64,000 nt of DNA from an uncultured candidatus Porisulfidus sp. (GCA_965204575.1 OZ241993.1:1504001-1568000); one strand, 5' to 3'; shown: positions 9,755-20,214, counted from the first letter of the stretch. The notes: generated from the sequence alone by a model not told the origin. Made by a program: numbers and translations.

Positions 9755-10518
9755 CGGTACTCGTTGCGCAAGCAACCAATTCCCTCAATTTCGACTTCCA
9801 CAGTGCAGCCGCGCGGCATAGGACCAAGTCCTACCGAGGTCCCACAGCAGATTACATCTCCCGGGCATAGGGTCATATTTTCGGACAGCCGCGAAACCGT
9901 CTCCGCTGGCGACATCATCATGTCTGAAGCCGGATAACGCTGTTTTTCCTCGCCATCGACCCGCGTCACGATCTCCAGACTCCGGTAATCCAGCCCGGTC
10001 GCAACGACCGGCCCGAATACCCCGAACGTGTCGAACCCCTTCGACCGTGTCCATTGGTCAAATCCCTCGTATTCCTTCAATAAACTGAATGCAGTCACGT
10101 CATTGATGCAGGTATAGCCGAAAATGGCTTGCTCTGCCTCATCCAAAGAAGATTCTTTTACGGCTTGCCCGATGACAATCCCGAGTTCGCCCTCGTAGAA
10201 CACGTCTTCCGTGACCGAAGCCGGATGTCTGATTACTTCGCCAGTTGCCAAGAATGAGGAATTGGCCTTGAACAGATACAACGGAGTCTCCGGATATTGC
10301 AGCCCCTTCTCGTCAGCCAAGGCCTGGTAATTGTTCCAAAGCGCCGGCATCTTGCTCGGCACGGTCGGCGTCAGCACGCGAACCTCGTCCAGCGCAACGG
10401 TTTCGTCGGTCTGAACGGGTGCTGAAAACATATCGCCTTCGCAGACCAGGATGGTGGACCCCTTCAACTGGCCGAAATGCACTCGACCGTCGTGCTCGAA
10501 ACGAATCCAGTACGTCAT
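9751..10518 (-). CDS. Fumarylacetoacetate hydrolase family protein
   Basis: YEGELGIVIG, GYTCINDVTA, KGFDTF, PGDVICCGT. Confidence 0.92.
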   Translation of the reverse strand: MTYWIRFEHDGRVHFGQLKGSTILVCEGDMFSAPVQTDETVALDEVRVLTPTVPSKMPALWNNYQALADEKGLQYPETPLYLFKANSSFLATGEVIRHPASVTEDVFYEGELGIVIGQAVKESSLDEAEQAIFGYTCINDVTAFSLLKEYEGFDQWTRSKGFDTFGVFGPVVATGLDYRSLEIVTRVDGEEKQRYPASDMMMSPAETVSRLSENMTLCPGDVICCGTSVGLGPMPRGCTVEVEIEGIGCLRNEYR

Positions 10519-11498
10519 GCGTATGCCACCCGGCAGGCGGTCTCCCTCAAAGCCTGGAGAGCCGATTCGGAGGAATCCGGGGAGGCAGCAGCCTGTCTCC
10601 AGTTCTTGGCGCCTGGGCGTCCGTGGAACAAGCCCGTGATGTGGCGCGTCATGCGGGCCAGCGGCACCCCTGCTCTGCGTTGTTCCTCCAGGTATGGCAG
10701 ATAGGCGTCAAACGCCTCCAATGGAGTCTTTGGTGCCATTGAGTCTGGAAACAAGACTTGTTCGATCTCCCGGATGGCCCAATGATCCTCGCACGCGAGC
10801 CTCCCGACCATGACACCGTCGACCTGAGCCAGGTGCTGCTGCACTTCCTCGGCCGAGCGAATACCGCCGTTGATCACGATGGTCAGGTGCGGGAATTCAC
10901 GCTTGAGTGCCCACACACGGTCGTAGTTCAAGGGTGGAATCGTGCGGTTTTGCTTCGGGCTCAGCCCGGACAGCATGGCGGTCCGTGCATGCACATAAAA
11001 CGTCTGGCAACCGGCATCCGCAACAATCTGCACGAATTCCGCCAAGGCCTCCTCCGTATCCTGCCCATCCACGCCAATACGGCATTTCACCGTAACCGGG
11101 GTCTGGACTTTCGCTTGCATTGCAGCCACGCAGTCTGCAACCCTGAGAGGCTCTTTCATCAAACAAGCCCCGAAGCGCCCCGCCGAAACGCGGCTGCTTG
11201 GGCAGCCGACATTCAGGTTTACTTCGTTATAGCCGTAGTCTTGGGCGATCGCGGTACAGCGGGCCAAGCCTTCCGGATCACTGCCGCCGAGCTGGAGCGC
11301 GACCGGCTGTTCGGCCGGGTCGAATCCAAGCAGAGATTCGGTGTCTCCATGTAAAACCGCTCCCGTTGTCACCATTTCGGTGAACAACCATGCATGCGGC
11401 GACAAAACTCTCAGAAAATACCGGAAATGACGGTCCGTATGGTCCATCATCGGAGCAATGCAGAAAATTCGTTTAGGCATAAGATCCTCGGCGCTCAT
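10515..11498 (-). CDS. dusA: tRNA dihydrouridine synthase A
   Basis: APMMDHTDRHFR, LQLGGSDP, NLNVGCPS, GLSPKQNR. Confidence 0.95.
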   Translation of the reverse strand: MSAEDLMPKRIFCIAPMMDHTDRHFRYFLRVLSPHAWLFTEMVTTGAVLHGDTESLLGFDPAEQPVALQLGGSDPEGLARCTAIAQDYGYNEVNLNVGCPSSRVSAGRFGACLMKEPLRVADCVAAMQAKVQTPVTVKCRIGVDGQDTEEALAEFVQIVADAGCQTFYVHARTAMLSGLSPKQNRTIPPLNYDRVWALKREFPHLTIVINGGIRSAEEVQQHLAQVDGVMVGRLACEDHWAIREIEQVLFPDSMAPKTPLEAFDAYLPYLEEQRRAGVPLARMTRHITGLFHGRPGAKNWRQAAASPDSSESALQALRETACRVAYA

Positions 11499-11565
11499 TG
11501 TAAATCAATGAGATAAGCCGATAACATGCTTTAGGGGCAATTTTTGACGCTATAGTAGTGGCGCA

Positions 11566-12498
11566 ATGACTCTGTCTCCGGCTCCCGCGCTCCAAATCCA
11601 AGGGCTCAAGAAAACCTACGCCAACGGCGTGGAGGCACTGCATGGCATCGATCTGGAAGTCCAGCGCGGAGACTTCTTCGCGCTCCTCGGGCCCAATGGA
11701 GCCGGAAAATCTACCGCCATCGGCATCATTTCCTCCCTGGTGACGTTTTCAGAGGGTTCAGTTACCATTTTCGGGCACGACATCATTCGCGACTATGCAG
11801 CTGCCCGCGCCTGCCTCGGCCTGGTGCCACAGGAATTCAACTTCAACCAATTCGACCCGGTCTGCGAGACCCTCATGCACCAGGCCGGGTACTACGGCAT
11901 TCCTCGCCAAGATGCCGAGAGGCGTACGCAAAGGCTTCTGGAGCAATTCGACCTGTGGGATAAGCGCTCGGTCATGGCCCGCGAATTGTCGGGAGGCATG
12001 AAACGCCGGTTGATGATCGCGCGAGCCATGATCCATGAACCCCAGCTCTTGATCCTCGATGAACCGACCGCAGGAGTCGACCTGGAAATCCGCCACAACC
12101 TCTGGCATTACCTGAAGGAAATTAATTCCCAAGGCACGACCATCATCCTGACCACCCACTACCTTGAAGAGGCGGAGCAGTTGTGCCGAACCATCGCGAT
12201 AATCTCAAACGGCCGGATTCGTGCCGACACCACGATGCGGGAGCTGCTGGATCAGCTGGATTCGGAGCACTTCGTTCTATACCTGAAGACCCCCCTGCCC
12301 CACTGTCCACAGATTGACGGCTATGTCCTGTATTGCCCGGACCCACGGACGCTTGAAGCCACGATCAGCAAGGGAGCCGGCCTGAACCGCTTGTTCAGCG
12401 AACTCAGTGCTCAAGGCATCGACATTCTCAGCATGAAGAACAAGACCAACCGATTGGAAAAACTTTTTCTGCAACTGGTCGGGCATCATTTTGATTGA
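11566..12498 (+). CDS. yadG: ABC transporter ATP-binding protein (YadG-like)
   Basis: GPNGAGKST, LSGGMKRR, LDEPTAGVD, NRLEKLF. Confidence 0.88.
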   Translation: MTLSPAPALQIQGLKKTYANGVEALHGIDLEVQRGDFFALLGPNGAGKSTAIGIISSLVTFSEGSVTIFGHDIIRDYAAARACLGLVPQEFNFNQFDPVCETLMHQAGYYGIPRQDAERRTQRLLEQFDLWDKRSVMARELSGGMKRRLMIARAMIHEPQLLILDEPTAGVDLEIRHNLWHYLKEINSQGTTIILTTHYLEEAEQLCRTIAIISNGRIRADTTMRELLDQLDSEHFVLYLKTPLPHCPQIDGYVLYCPDPRTLEATISKGAGLNRLFSELSAQGIDILSMKNKTNRLEKLFLQLVGHHFD

Positions 12499-12504
12499 AG
12501 CATC

Positions 12505-13278
12505 ATGCCATTGAAGCAACAACTTATCGCTCTTCAGAGCATGCTGATTCGGGAATATCTGCGTTTCATGCGCATCTGGATCCAAACGGTTTTGCCGCCA
12601 GCCATCACGACCGTCCTGTACTTCATCATCTTCGGGGAATTGATCGGCTCACAGCTGGCCGACATCGGCGGCTACCGCTACATGGACTACATCGCTCCCG
12701 GTCTCATCTTGATGTCCGTCATCACCAATGCTTACGCCAATGTTGTTTCTTCGTTCTACAGCTCAAAATTCCAGCGGCACATCGAAGAATTACTCGTCTC
12801 CCCGGTACCAAACTTCATCATCCTGACCGGCTTCGTCGGCGGCGGCATCATGCGTGGGCTGGCGGTCGGGCTGGTGGTCACGGCAGTCACCGTCTTTTTT
12901 GCCGAAATTCCGCTCTTCCACCTTGCCTTGATAGTGGGAGTCGCCGTCCTGACCTGTATCCTGTTCTCCCTCGCCGGGCTCATCAACGGCATCTATGCGA
13001 AAAGTTTTGACGACATCTCGATCATCCCGACCTTTGTGCTGACTCCCCTGACCTACCTGGGGGGTATTTTTTACTCCCTTGACATGCTCTCGCCCTTCTG
13101 GCAACAGGTGTCCCTGTTCAACCCGATTCTGCACATGATCGGCCTGTTCCGCTATGGCTGGATGGGAATACAGGAAGTAGACCCCGTCAATTCACTGCTT
13201 TTGATTGTCGCCGTTATTGCCATACTGACGTACACCTGCCTGCAGTTGCTCAAACGGGGCGTCGGCATTCGTCCCTGA
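12505..13278 (+). CDS. yadH: ABC-2 permease (YadH-like)
   Basis: RIWIQTVLPPAIT, FQRHIEELLVSP, LTPLTYLGG. Confidence 0.88.
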   Translation: MPLKQQLIALQSMLIREYLRFMRIWIQTVLPPAITTVLYFIIFGELIGSQLADIGGYRYMDYIAPGLILMSVITNAYANVVSSFYSSKFQRHIEELLVSPVPNFIILTGFVGGGIMRGLAVGLVVTAVTVFFAEIPLFHLALIVGVAVLTCILFSLAGLINGIYAKSFDDISIIPTFVLTPLTYLGGIFYSLDMLSPFWQQVSLFNPILHMIGLFRYGWMGIQEVDPVNSLLLIVAVIAILTYTCLQLLKRGVGIRP

Positions 13279-13345
13279 ACCTCTGCCCCCAATACGTCTC
13301 GGCGCCGGGCCTCACGGCCCAACGTGCTGGCAGTCATTGGAAAAC

Positions 13346-13421
13346 TGGCGTCCCCAAGGGGATTCGAACCCCTGTTGCCGCCGTGAAAGGGCGGTGTCCT
13401 AGGCCTCTAGACGATGGGGAC
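13346..13421 (-). tRNA. tRNA-Glu (TTC)
   Basis: GTCCCCATCGTCTAGAGGCCTAGGAC...CTTTCAC...GTTCGAATC...GGGGACGCCA, 76 nt with encoded CCA. Confidence 0.98.
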
Positions 13422-13468
13422 TATTGGATTGGGTGCGCACTCTAGTAAAAAGAGCCTGATTCGTCAAA

Positions 13469-14869
13469 TTATGCGCCTTCAATCGCTGACCGCAAACGCT
13501 GCAATGCTCGTTCCCGGCCAAGCAAAACCAAGGTGTCCTCAATGGAAGGAGAAACTGTCCCCCCGGTCACGGCGACGCGCAGCGGCTGCGCGACTTTCCC
13601 AGGTTTGACCTGGCGGCGCTCACAGGCCGCATCAACCAAGCCCTTCAGGGATTCGACCTTCCAGTCAACTTGCTCCATCTCGTCCACCAACTCTTGCAGG
13701 ATCGCACGGGACTCAGGAGTGAGGAATTTTTCTCGTGCCGACTCATCCGTTCCCGGATCTTCCAGCAGCAACCAGCGACTCTGTGTAACCATGTCTGCCG
13801 CGTTGCGGCAACGTTTCCGCTGAACGTCAATCAGCGCAGTCCGATCCGGTGGGCTCAATGCATCAGGATCCAAATCTTGCCGGGCACAATGCCAATCGAA
13901 TTCCGCGTTGACCTCGCCTTCGGACACGCGGCTCATTTGCTGCTGGTTGACCCAAGCCATCTTCTTGGGATCGATTCGGCTCGCGGCCGGATTCAATCCG
14001 GAAAGGTCGAATTGCTGAACCAACTCTTCGATCGAAAACAGCTCGTCATCCCCATGAGCCCAGCCCAAGCGCGCCAGGATGTTCACCAAGGCCGTGGGCA
14101 AATATCCTTGCTCGCGGTATTGCGCCATATCAGCAGAATCCTTCCGCTTGGACATTTTGCGCCCGCTTTCGTCGAGAATCATCGGCAGGTGTGTGTAGCT
14201 GGGGGCATCCACACCCAGTGCAGAAAAAATATTGACTTGACGTGGCGTGTTGTTGAGATGGTCATCGCCCCGGATGATGTGCGTAACACCCGCATCCATG
14301 TCGTCCACCACGACGGCCAAATGGTAGGTCGCGCTCCCATCCGCACGGGCAATCACCAGGTCATCCAGTTCAGAATTGGAAAAACGCACCTCCCCTTTCA
14401 GGCTGTCCTGAACAACCACGTCGCCTTCAAGCGGGGTTTTGAACCGGACGACTGATTGCGCCGATGGGGGGTTGTTCCGGTCGCGGCAATGGCGGTCGTA
14501 GCGCGGTTTGAGTTTTGCCGCCATCTGCTCTTTGCGCAGCTGTTCCAAGCGCTCCGGAGAACAATCGCAGTAATAGGCATCTCCCTGGTCGAGCAATTTC
14601 TGGATGATCTCTTGGTAGCGCGACGATCTTTGCGATTGATAAACCACTTCACCGTCCCAATCCATCCCCACCCAGCGCAGCATGGACATGATTTGCTGGC
14701 AGTGTTCCTCTTTGGAACGTTCCCGGTCGGTATCCTCGACCCGAAGGATGAACTCCCCACCGCAATGGCGGGCATAAAGCCAGTTGTACAAGGCGGTGCG
14801 GGCGCCTCCCAAATGCAAGGCGCCTGTCGGACTTGGCGCGAACCGGGTTCGAACGATGGGGTCGGACAT
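13469..14869 (-). CDS. gltX: Glutamate--tRNA ligase
   Basis: RFAPSPTG, HLGG, KMSKR motifs; next to tRNA-Glu. Confidence 0.97.
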   Translation of the reverse strand: MSDPIVRTRFAPSPTGALHLGGARTALYNWLYARHCGGEFILRVEDTDRERSKEEHCQQIMSMLRWVGMDWDGEVVYQSQRSSRYQEIIQKLLDQGDAYYCDCSPERLEQLRKEQMAAKLKPRYDRHCRDRNNPPSAQSVVRFKTPLEGDVVVQDSLKGEVRFSNSELDDLVIARADGSATYHLAVVVDDMDAGVTHIIRGDDHLNNTPRQVNIFSALGVDAPSYTHLPMILDESGRKMSKRKDSADMAQYREQGYLPTALVNILARLGWAHGDDELFSIEELVQQFDLSGLNPAASRIDPKKMAWVNQQQMSRVSEGEVNAEFDWHCARQDLDPDALSPPDRTALIDVQRKRCRNAADMVTQSRWLLLEDPGTDESAREKFLTPESRAILQELVDEMEQVDWKVESLKGLVDAACERRQVKPGKVAQPLRVAVTGGTVSPSIEDTLVLLGRERALQRLRSAIEGA

Positions 14870-15000
14870 TTCAGGTGGACAGCAAACGCCGGGAGAATGC
14901 TATCTTACAGTTTGCTCTCCGATGCCGCGTTGCTTGGGCATCGGCTTGGCAGCCGCATCTATGTAGAATATAAATTCGTTTTGCGGCCGCATATGTCTCT

Positions 15001-16095
15001 ATGTTTATTGACGCGTACGAAGCACAAATTGCCCGAAGGCAATTCACGGCCGATCCAGTGCAACACCAAGCCGCTCAACAATTCCAACTCATCTTCGACC
15101 ACCTGACTCGGCATTCGCGTGCCAAGGCGCTAATCCGCGACCGGCTGCGTCGCCTGAAATCCGACTCGCCTGCGCAAACATCCGGCCTGTGGCTGTGGGG
15201 CTCCGTCGGAAGCGGCAAGACTTACCTAATGGACTTGTTCTACAACTCCCTCCCCCTGCGCAAGAAGCGCCGCATGCACTTCCATCGCTTCACACGGCAC
15301 ATCCACCACAAGCTCAAGCACATGCAGGACCGACGCAATCCCATTGATCTCCTTGCCGCCCGCATGGCAAAAAAGTACAAAGTCCTCTGCATCGATGAAT
15401 TTTTCGTCTCGGACATCACGGATGCCATGATTCTGGGGGGATTGCTGGAGGGCCTGTTCCGGCACCGGGTCACTGTGGTGGCGACCTCCAATTGCGCCCC
15501 GGACAGCCTCTACGAGGGCGGCCTGCAACGGGAGCGGTTCCTGCCTGCAATCGAACTGATCAAGAAGCACATGACGGTTTTTGAACTGGCGACATCCTGC
15601 GACTATCGCCTGCAGCACCTGGATCAGACCGAAACCTACTGCCTCAGCGGCAACGGGACCACCGAGCCCGTCCTGCGGAATCACTTCCAGCACTTGGCGT
15701 CAGATCTGGACCGAAAAGAAACCACCATTGAAGTCGAAGGCCGCACCATTCCGGTCAAGCGTCTGTCGCACGACGCGATCTGGTTTGATTTCGATTGCCT
15801 GTGCCAGTCTCCTCGCTGCGTCAACGACTACATCGCGATTGCACGTTGCTTCCACACCGTGCTGATCTCGGGAGTCCCGGTTTTCGATTCGTCAAAGGAC
15901 GACAGTGCACGGCGCTTCATCGAAATGATCGACGAGTTCTACGACCGCAACGTGACGTTGATCGTCTCCGCGGCGGACGAGCCGGACCAGTTGTACCAGG
16001 GCAAGCGCCTGAAACGGGAATTCGAGCGAACCGCGAGCCGCCTGCACGAGATGCGGAGCAAGGCATACCTGGGACGGTCACACCGTCTTCATTGA
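15001..16095 (+). CDS. zapE: AFG1/ZapE-family ATPase
   Basis: GSVGSGKTYLMD, HFHRF, DEFFVSDITDAMIL, RTASRLHEM. Confidence 0.93.
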   Translation: MFIDAYEAQIARRQFTADPVQHQAAQQFQLIFDHLTRHSRAKALIRDRLRRLKSDSPAQTSGLWLWGSVGSGKTYLMDLFYNSLPLRKKRRMHFHRFTRHIHHKLKHMQDRRNPIDLLAARMAKKYKVLCIDEFFVSDITDAMILGGLLEGLFRHRVTVVATSNCAPDSLYEGGLQRERFLPAIELIKKHMTVFELATSCDYRLQHLDQTETYCLSGNGTTEPVLRNHFQHLASDLDRKETTIEVEGRTIPVKRLSHDAIWFDFDCLCQSPRCVNDYIAIARCFHTVLISGVPVFDSSKDDSARRFIEMIDEFYDRNVTLIVSAADEPDQLYQGKRLKREFERTASRLHEMRSKAYLGRSHRLH

Positions 16096-16137
16096 TCTCT
16101 TGCTAATATCACTCTATTCCCTCAGAAGAGTTCAATC

Positions 16138-17121
16138 ATGACAAACCCACCCAAGCGAATTGCCATCACCGGCGCGGCCGGCAACATTGCATATCAGGCC
16201 ATGTTTCGTATCGCGGCCGGAGAGTTCCTCGGTGACCAGCAGCCGGTCGCCCTGAACCTGATCGACATCCCTCCGGCCATGCCGTCACTCGGCGGAACCG
16301 CGATGGAACTGGAAGACTGCGCCTTTCCTCTGCTGCGCGATGTTCTTCTGAGCGACGACCTGGAGAAAGGCTTCGGGGATGCGGACTACGTGTTCATGTT
16401 CGGGGCGCGGCCACGCGGGAAAGGCATGGAGCGCAGCGACCTGATCCAGGAAAACGGAAAAATCTTCGGCCCCCAGGGCAAGGCCATCAATGATGTTTCG
16501 AGCCGCGGCGTCCGGGTTCTGGTCATCGGCAACCCGGCCAACACCAACGCACTGATCGCCCTGCATCACGCCCCGGACCTCGATCCTCGCCAATTCTCCG
16601 CGATGACCCGCCTGGATCATGAACGGTCCCGCTCGCAGTTGGCAGTACAGACGGACCAACCGGTCGCCAACATCGCCCGAATGACAGTCTGGGGAAACCA
16701 CTCTCCGAAAATGTATCCCGATATCGGCTATTGCACGGCTTCCGGCACCCCGGTCCGGGAACTGATAGACGCGAATTGGTATCGGGAAGAATTCATCCCG
16801 GGAATCCAGCAGCGCGGCGCCAAGGTGATCGAAGCGCGCGGCGCCTCTTCCGCCGCATCGGCCGCCAATGCGGCGATCCTGCACATGCGCGACTGGGTCC
16901 AAGGGACACCCAAGAACGACTGGACCAGCATGAGCGTGCTCTCGGACGGCTCATACGGGGTCGCGGAAGGCATCGTCTTCTCCTTTCCTTGCCAATGTTC
17001 GGAGTCCGACCATTCCATCGTGCCTGAGTTGGAACTGGATGCTTTCGGGCGCGAACAGATCAAAATCAACGAAACCGAACTGCTCAGCGAGCGCGACGCG
17101 ATTGCCGACCTGCTCAAGTAG
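16138..17121 (+). CDS. mdh: Malate dehydrogenase
   Basis: [44 protein letters not shown]. Confidence 0.95.
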   Translation: MTNPPKRIAITGAAGNIAYQAMFRIAAGEFLGDQQPVALNLIDIPPAMPSLGGTAMELEDCAFPLLRDVLLSDDLEKGFGDADYVFMFGARPRGKGMERSDLIQENGKIFGPQGKAINDVSSRGVRVLVIGNPANTNALIALHHAPDLDPRQFSAMTRLDHERSRSQLAVQTDQPVANIARMTVWGNHSPKMYPDIGYCTASGTPVRELIDANWYREEFIPGIQQRGAKVIEARGASSAASAANAAILHMRDWVQGTPKNDWTSMSVLSDGSYGVAEGIVFSFPCQCSESDHSIVPELELDAFGREQIKINETELLSERDAIADLLK

Positions 17122-17197
17122 GAAATCAGACCGCATTCATCGATTGATTTTGCAGGAAGAAGACTCACGATTTGTAGTACAAGCTGGGGTAGCTTTC

Positions 17198-17458
17198 ATG
17201 ACTTGGCGAATCGTTCACTTGGACTCCGACACAGAGCAGGCGCTATCTGACCTGCAGGCAAAGACAGGCGAGTCCGTACCGGAAATTCTAAAGCGCGGGA
17301 TTCAAGCATGCCAAACCGAAGTGCAGCAGAAAGCTTCCAAGACGGCTTACGAAATCTATAAGGAACTGGATTTGGCCCCAGGGGAATATGCTGTTGCCCC
17401 GGCTAGTCAGAGTAAAGAAGCTGTGAGAGAAATCATCCGGGAAAAACTCGGCTGCTAA
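17198..17458 (+). CDS. Small ribbon-helix-helix/CopG-like protein, putative orphan antitoxin
   Basis: 86 aa, VHLDSDTEQAL..L...TG.SVPEILKRGI pattern. Confidence 0.6.
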   Translation: MTWRIVHLDSDTEQALSDLQAKTGESVPEILKRGIQACQTEVQQKASKTAYEIYKELDLAPGEYAVAPASQSKEAVREIIREKLGC

Positions 17459-19221
17459 TCAGAGCTTGAAAGCCCCGGCTCCGGAACCTCCACCCGCACG
17501 GTCACGATATCCGTGTCATGGTATTGCTGGTGGTAAACCGAGGAAGCCAAGTGTCGAAGCAGCCGCAAGGAAACTTCGCGCTCGACCGACTCTGAAATGG
17601 ATTGCTTGCCGAGCAAGGCGATCCGGTCCTGAAGGTTCTCCTCGCCTGTCGCGGCAACAAATTCAAGGACAACCTCGTCTTCTTCCCGACGTGCCGTCAA
17701 GAGCAGGCGGCGCCCGCCCTCGCCTGCCCCGCTGTCTTCCTGTTCGCGGAGCGTCAGCAAGGTCTCCTCGGTGACGGCATACAGGCGATTCATCATCGCC
17801 GGCTCCCAGTCATGTCTGGATGCGAACTTTTGGAGGAACTCCTCGATCTTCGGCAGGACCGAAACGTCAAGGCCCACCTCGATCTGGTGGCGCCGGGGTT
17901 TCGTCAATTCCGTGAACAGGGTCATGAAGATCGCCACGAGGCCACCGGCCGTGATCCCATTGCTCAGAAGGCCTCCCGCGAATTCAGAAACATATTCGGG
18001 ATAAATCCATCCGTTCTGGAGCCCGACCCCGATCCAGAATGAAATCCCGACGATCAGCCCCGTTCGATAGTCGATGCCATCCTGAATCGCCACTTTCATG
18101 CCGACCACGAAAAGCAACGACAGCAAAACACCGATGTATGCTCCGGCAACCGGGCCGGGTATCGCCAAGATAACGGCAAGCGCCTTGGGGAAAAACGCCA
18201 GAGCCAGGAAAACCGCGCCAAGGGCAACCCCGACCCTGCGGGCTCCCACCCCAGTCAACTCGGCAACGGAAACACTGGTCGAATAGGTCGTGTTCGGCAC
18301 GGTGCCCAAGAGCCCGGACAACAGATTGCCTACTCCGTCCGCTGCCACCGTACCCTGCACCGCGCGGAAATCCACTGCCCGAGGGCGGCGCCAGGCAACA
18401 CGCTGAATGGCGACGGAGTCGCCTACGGTCTCTACGGCTCCGACCAGAGTCACGAACACGAATGCCGGCACAAGCGTCCAGAAGACGGGTCCGAAGCTGA
18501 AATCGTAACCCGGCCATCCGACTTCAGGGAAACCCAGCCATGAAGCCTCGGCAACGCGACTGACTTCATAGAGCCCGAAGAACCCGGCCACCACCGAACC
18601 AATAGCCACCCCAATGACTGGAGCCCAAAGGCGCAGGATGCCGGTTGCCTTCAGGGCAATGCCGCCGATGGCCAACAAGGTCGCGCCGGCACTCAGCGCG
18701 GCAGCCGACGCGGGGGTTCCCTCGGGTACGGATGTCAGCAAGCCGAAGATGATCGGCATGATGGTGACCGGCACCAGCATGATGACCGTACCTGCCACAG
18801 CTGGCGTCAGGACCCTTCGGAACAGCGAAAGCCGTGCGGAAAGCGCGAACTGGAAGAACGACGAGAGGATCACCAGGGTGGCCAGCATCGCCGGTCCCCC
18901 TTCCGCGATGGCGGTGATGCAGATCGCGATGAAAGCTCCGGACGGGCCCATGGCGAGCGTGTAGCCGGCACCGATCCGGCCAACCCGGGCTGCCTGCAGA
19001 ATCGTGGTGACGCCGCTGACGGCAACGGCGGCGAACACGATCCAAGACAGGAAGGCTTCGGTTCCCCCGGCCGCCCGGGCGACGATCGCCGGAGTCAGGA
19101 CGATGCCGGAAATACAGAGGATGGCGAGCTGCAGGCCCAAGCCGAAGGCGAGTACCGTCGGCGGGTTTTCATCAGGCTGGTAGCGGACGCTCGTGCGTCG
19201 GGCGGAACTCTCAGCGTCTAT
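17455..19221 (-). CDS. NCS2 (xanthine/uracil) permease-like protein with C-terminal GHKL-like domain
   Basis: Many TM segments, VRYQPDENPP..GLQ N-terminus, NAT-like motif; start inferred at ATA after AGGAGG (ORF track uses TTG 19140). Confidence 0.8.
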   Translation of the reverse strand: MDAESSARRTSVRYQPDENPPTVLAFGLGLQLAILCISGIVLTPAIVARAAGGTEAFLSWIVFAAVAVSGVTTILQAARVGRIGAGYTLAMGPSGAFIAICITAIAEGGPAMLATLVILSSFFQFALSARLSLFRRVLTPAVAGTVIMLVPVTIMPIIFGLLTSVPEGTPASAAALSAGATLLAIGGIALKATGILRLWAPVIGVAIGSVVAGFFGLYEVSRVAEASWLGFPEVGWPGYDFSFGPVFWTLVPAFVFVTLVGAVETVGDSVAIQRVAWRRPRAVDFRAVQGTVAADGVGNLLSGLLGTVPNTTYSTSVSVAELTGVGARRVGVALGAVFLALAFFPKALAVILAIPGPVAGAYIGVLLSLLFVVGMKVAIQDGIDYRTGLIVGISFWIGVGLQNGWIYPEYVSEFAGGLLSNGITAGGLVAIFMTLFTELTKPRRHQIEVGLDVSVLPKIEEFLQKFASRHDWEPAMMNRLYAVTEETLLTLREQEDSGAGEGGRRLLLTARREEDEVVLEFVAATGEENLQDRIALLGKQSISESVEREVSLRLLRHLASSVYHQQYHDTDIVTVRVEVPEPGLSSSD

Positions 19222-19255
19222 GATCCTTCCTCCTATCCCTGACTCACAAAACTAC

Positions 19256-19280
19256 CGGGAGGCAATGCTATTGCCTCCCG
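19256..19280 (-). terminator. Perfect 11-bp hairpin (terminator or mRNA stability element)
   Basis: CGGGAGGCAAT-GCT-ATTGCCTCCCG, followed on minus strand by GTAGTTTTG. Confidence 0.65.
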
Positions 19281-19335
19281 ATATATTCTCCGCAGTCAAA
19301 ACGTGGATTCTTACTCTCGCGCGAGAGCAGAAATC

Positions 19336-20214
19336 CTAGCTTTTCAAGGTAACGCTGTCTACGTTGGCCCACTCGGTCACGAAGTCATCGATCAGATCAG
19401 CGACCGCATCCGGCCGGTCTTCCAGCACGTAGTGCCCAGCCCGCTCGATGATTTCGAACCGCGTCGGCCCCGAAATGGCATCCTTCAGCCGGCGTCCGGA
19501 CTCAACCGGCATCCAGGCATCATGCAGCGCCCAGCACACCATGGTCGGGCAAGTAATCTTGCTGTGGTCCACGCTCATGGTTTCTTCGTTGGTCGGCTCC
19601 GAACAGACATGGATCAACGACTTGAAGCCGGTGAATCCCGGTCCCCGGGCCCAGAACGAAAGATAGTTTTCCTTCACGTTCTTGTCGGTGAACGCGATCT
19701 TGTCGTGACTGCCCATGAGCAGGAGCCCGTGAAAGCCCGCTGCCGCCTGGGCCATGGCCGGCCCCAAGGCCTCGTCCGGGGCACCGACCAAGCCGTTGAA
19801 GGCTTCGACTTCCAGCACCGGCCAGTAGTCCCAGGCCACCGGATTGATCAGGACCAACCGGCTAATGAGGTCAACGTACTTCGACGCAAAAATCTGGCAG
19901 GCTCCACCACCGTGATCGTGGCCGACCAGGATGACATTTCCCGCCAGCCCTAGTCCTTCGATTACTGCCTTGATGGCCTCGGCCTGATTCGTCAGGGAAT
20001 GGGTGAATTGATCGAGGGGCATGCTCGACTGTCCATAGCCGACCATATCCATCGCATAGGTCTGATAACGGTCGGACAGGCTTGCCTGCGCATGGCGCCA
20101 CAGTCGGCTGTTTGTGGGGATCCCGTGCACCATTAGCAGTGCCGGGCCACTATCGCCTTTCTGCTCAATATGAATCTCGAGATCTAAGCCTCCGACATTG
20201 ATCGGTTGTTTCAT
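19336..20214 (-). CDS. Alpha/beta hydrolase, Asp-nucleophile (epoxide hydrolase/dehalogenase-like)
   Basis: HGIPT, DMVGYGQS, GHDHGGG, AGHYVLED; AAGGAGG RBS. Confidence 0.88.
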   Translation of the reverse strand: MKQPINVGGLDLEIHIEQKGDSGPALLMVHGIPTNSRLWRHAQASLSDRYQTYAMDMVGYGQSSMPLDQFTHSLTNQAEAIKAVIEGLGLAGNVILVGHDHGGGACQIFASKYVDLISRLVLINPVAWDYWPVLEVEAFNGLVGAPDEALGPAMAQAAAGFHGLLLMGSHDKIAFTDKNVKENYLSFWARGPGFTGFKSLIHVCSEPTNEETMSVDHSKITCPTMVCWALHDAWMPVESGRRLKDAISGPTRFEIIERAGHYVLEDRPDAVADLIDDFVTEWANVDSVTLKS

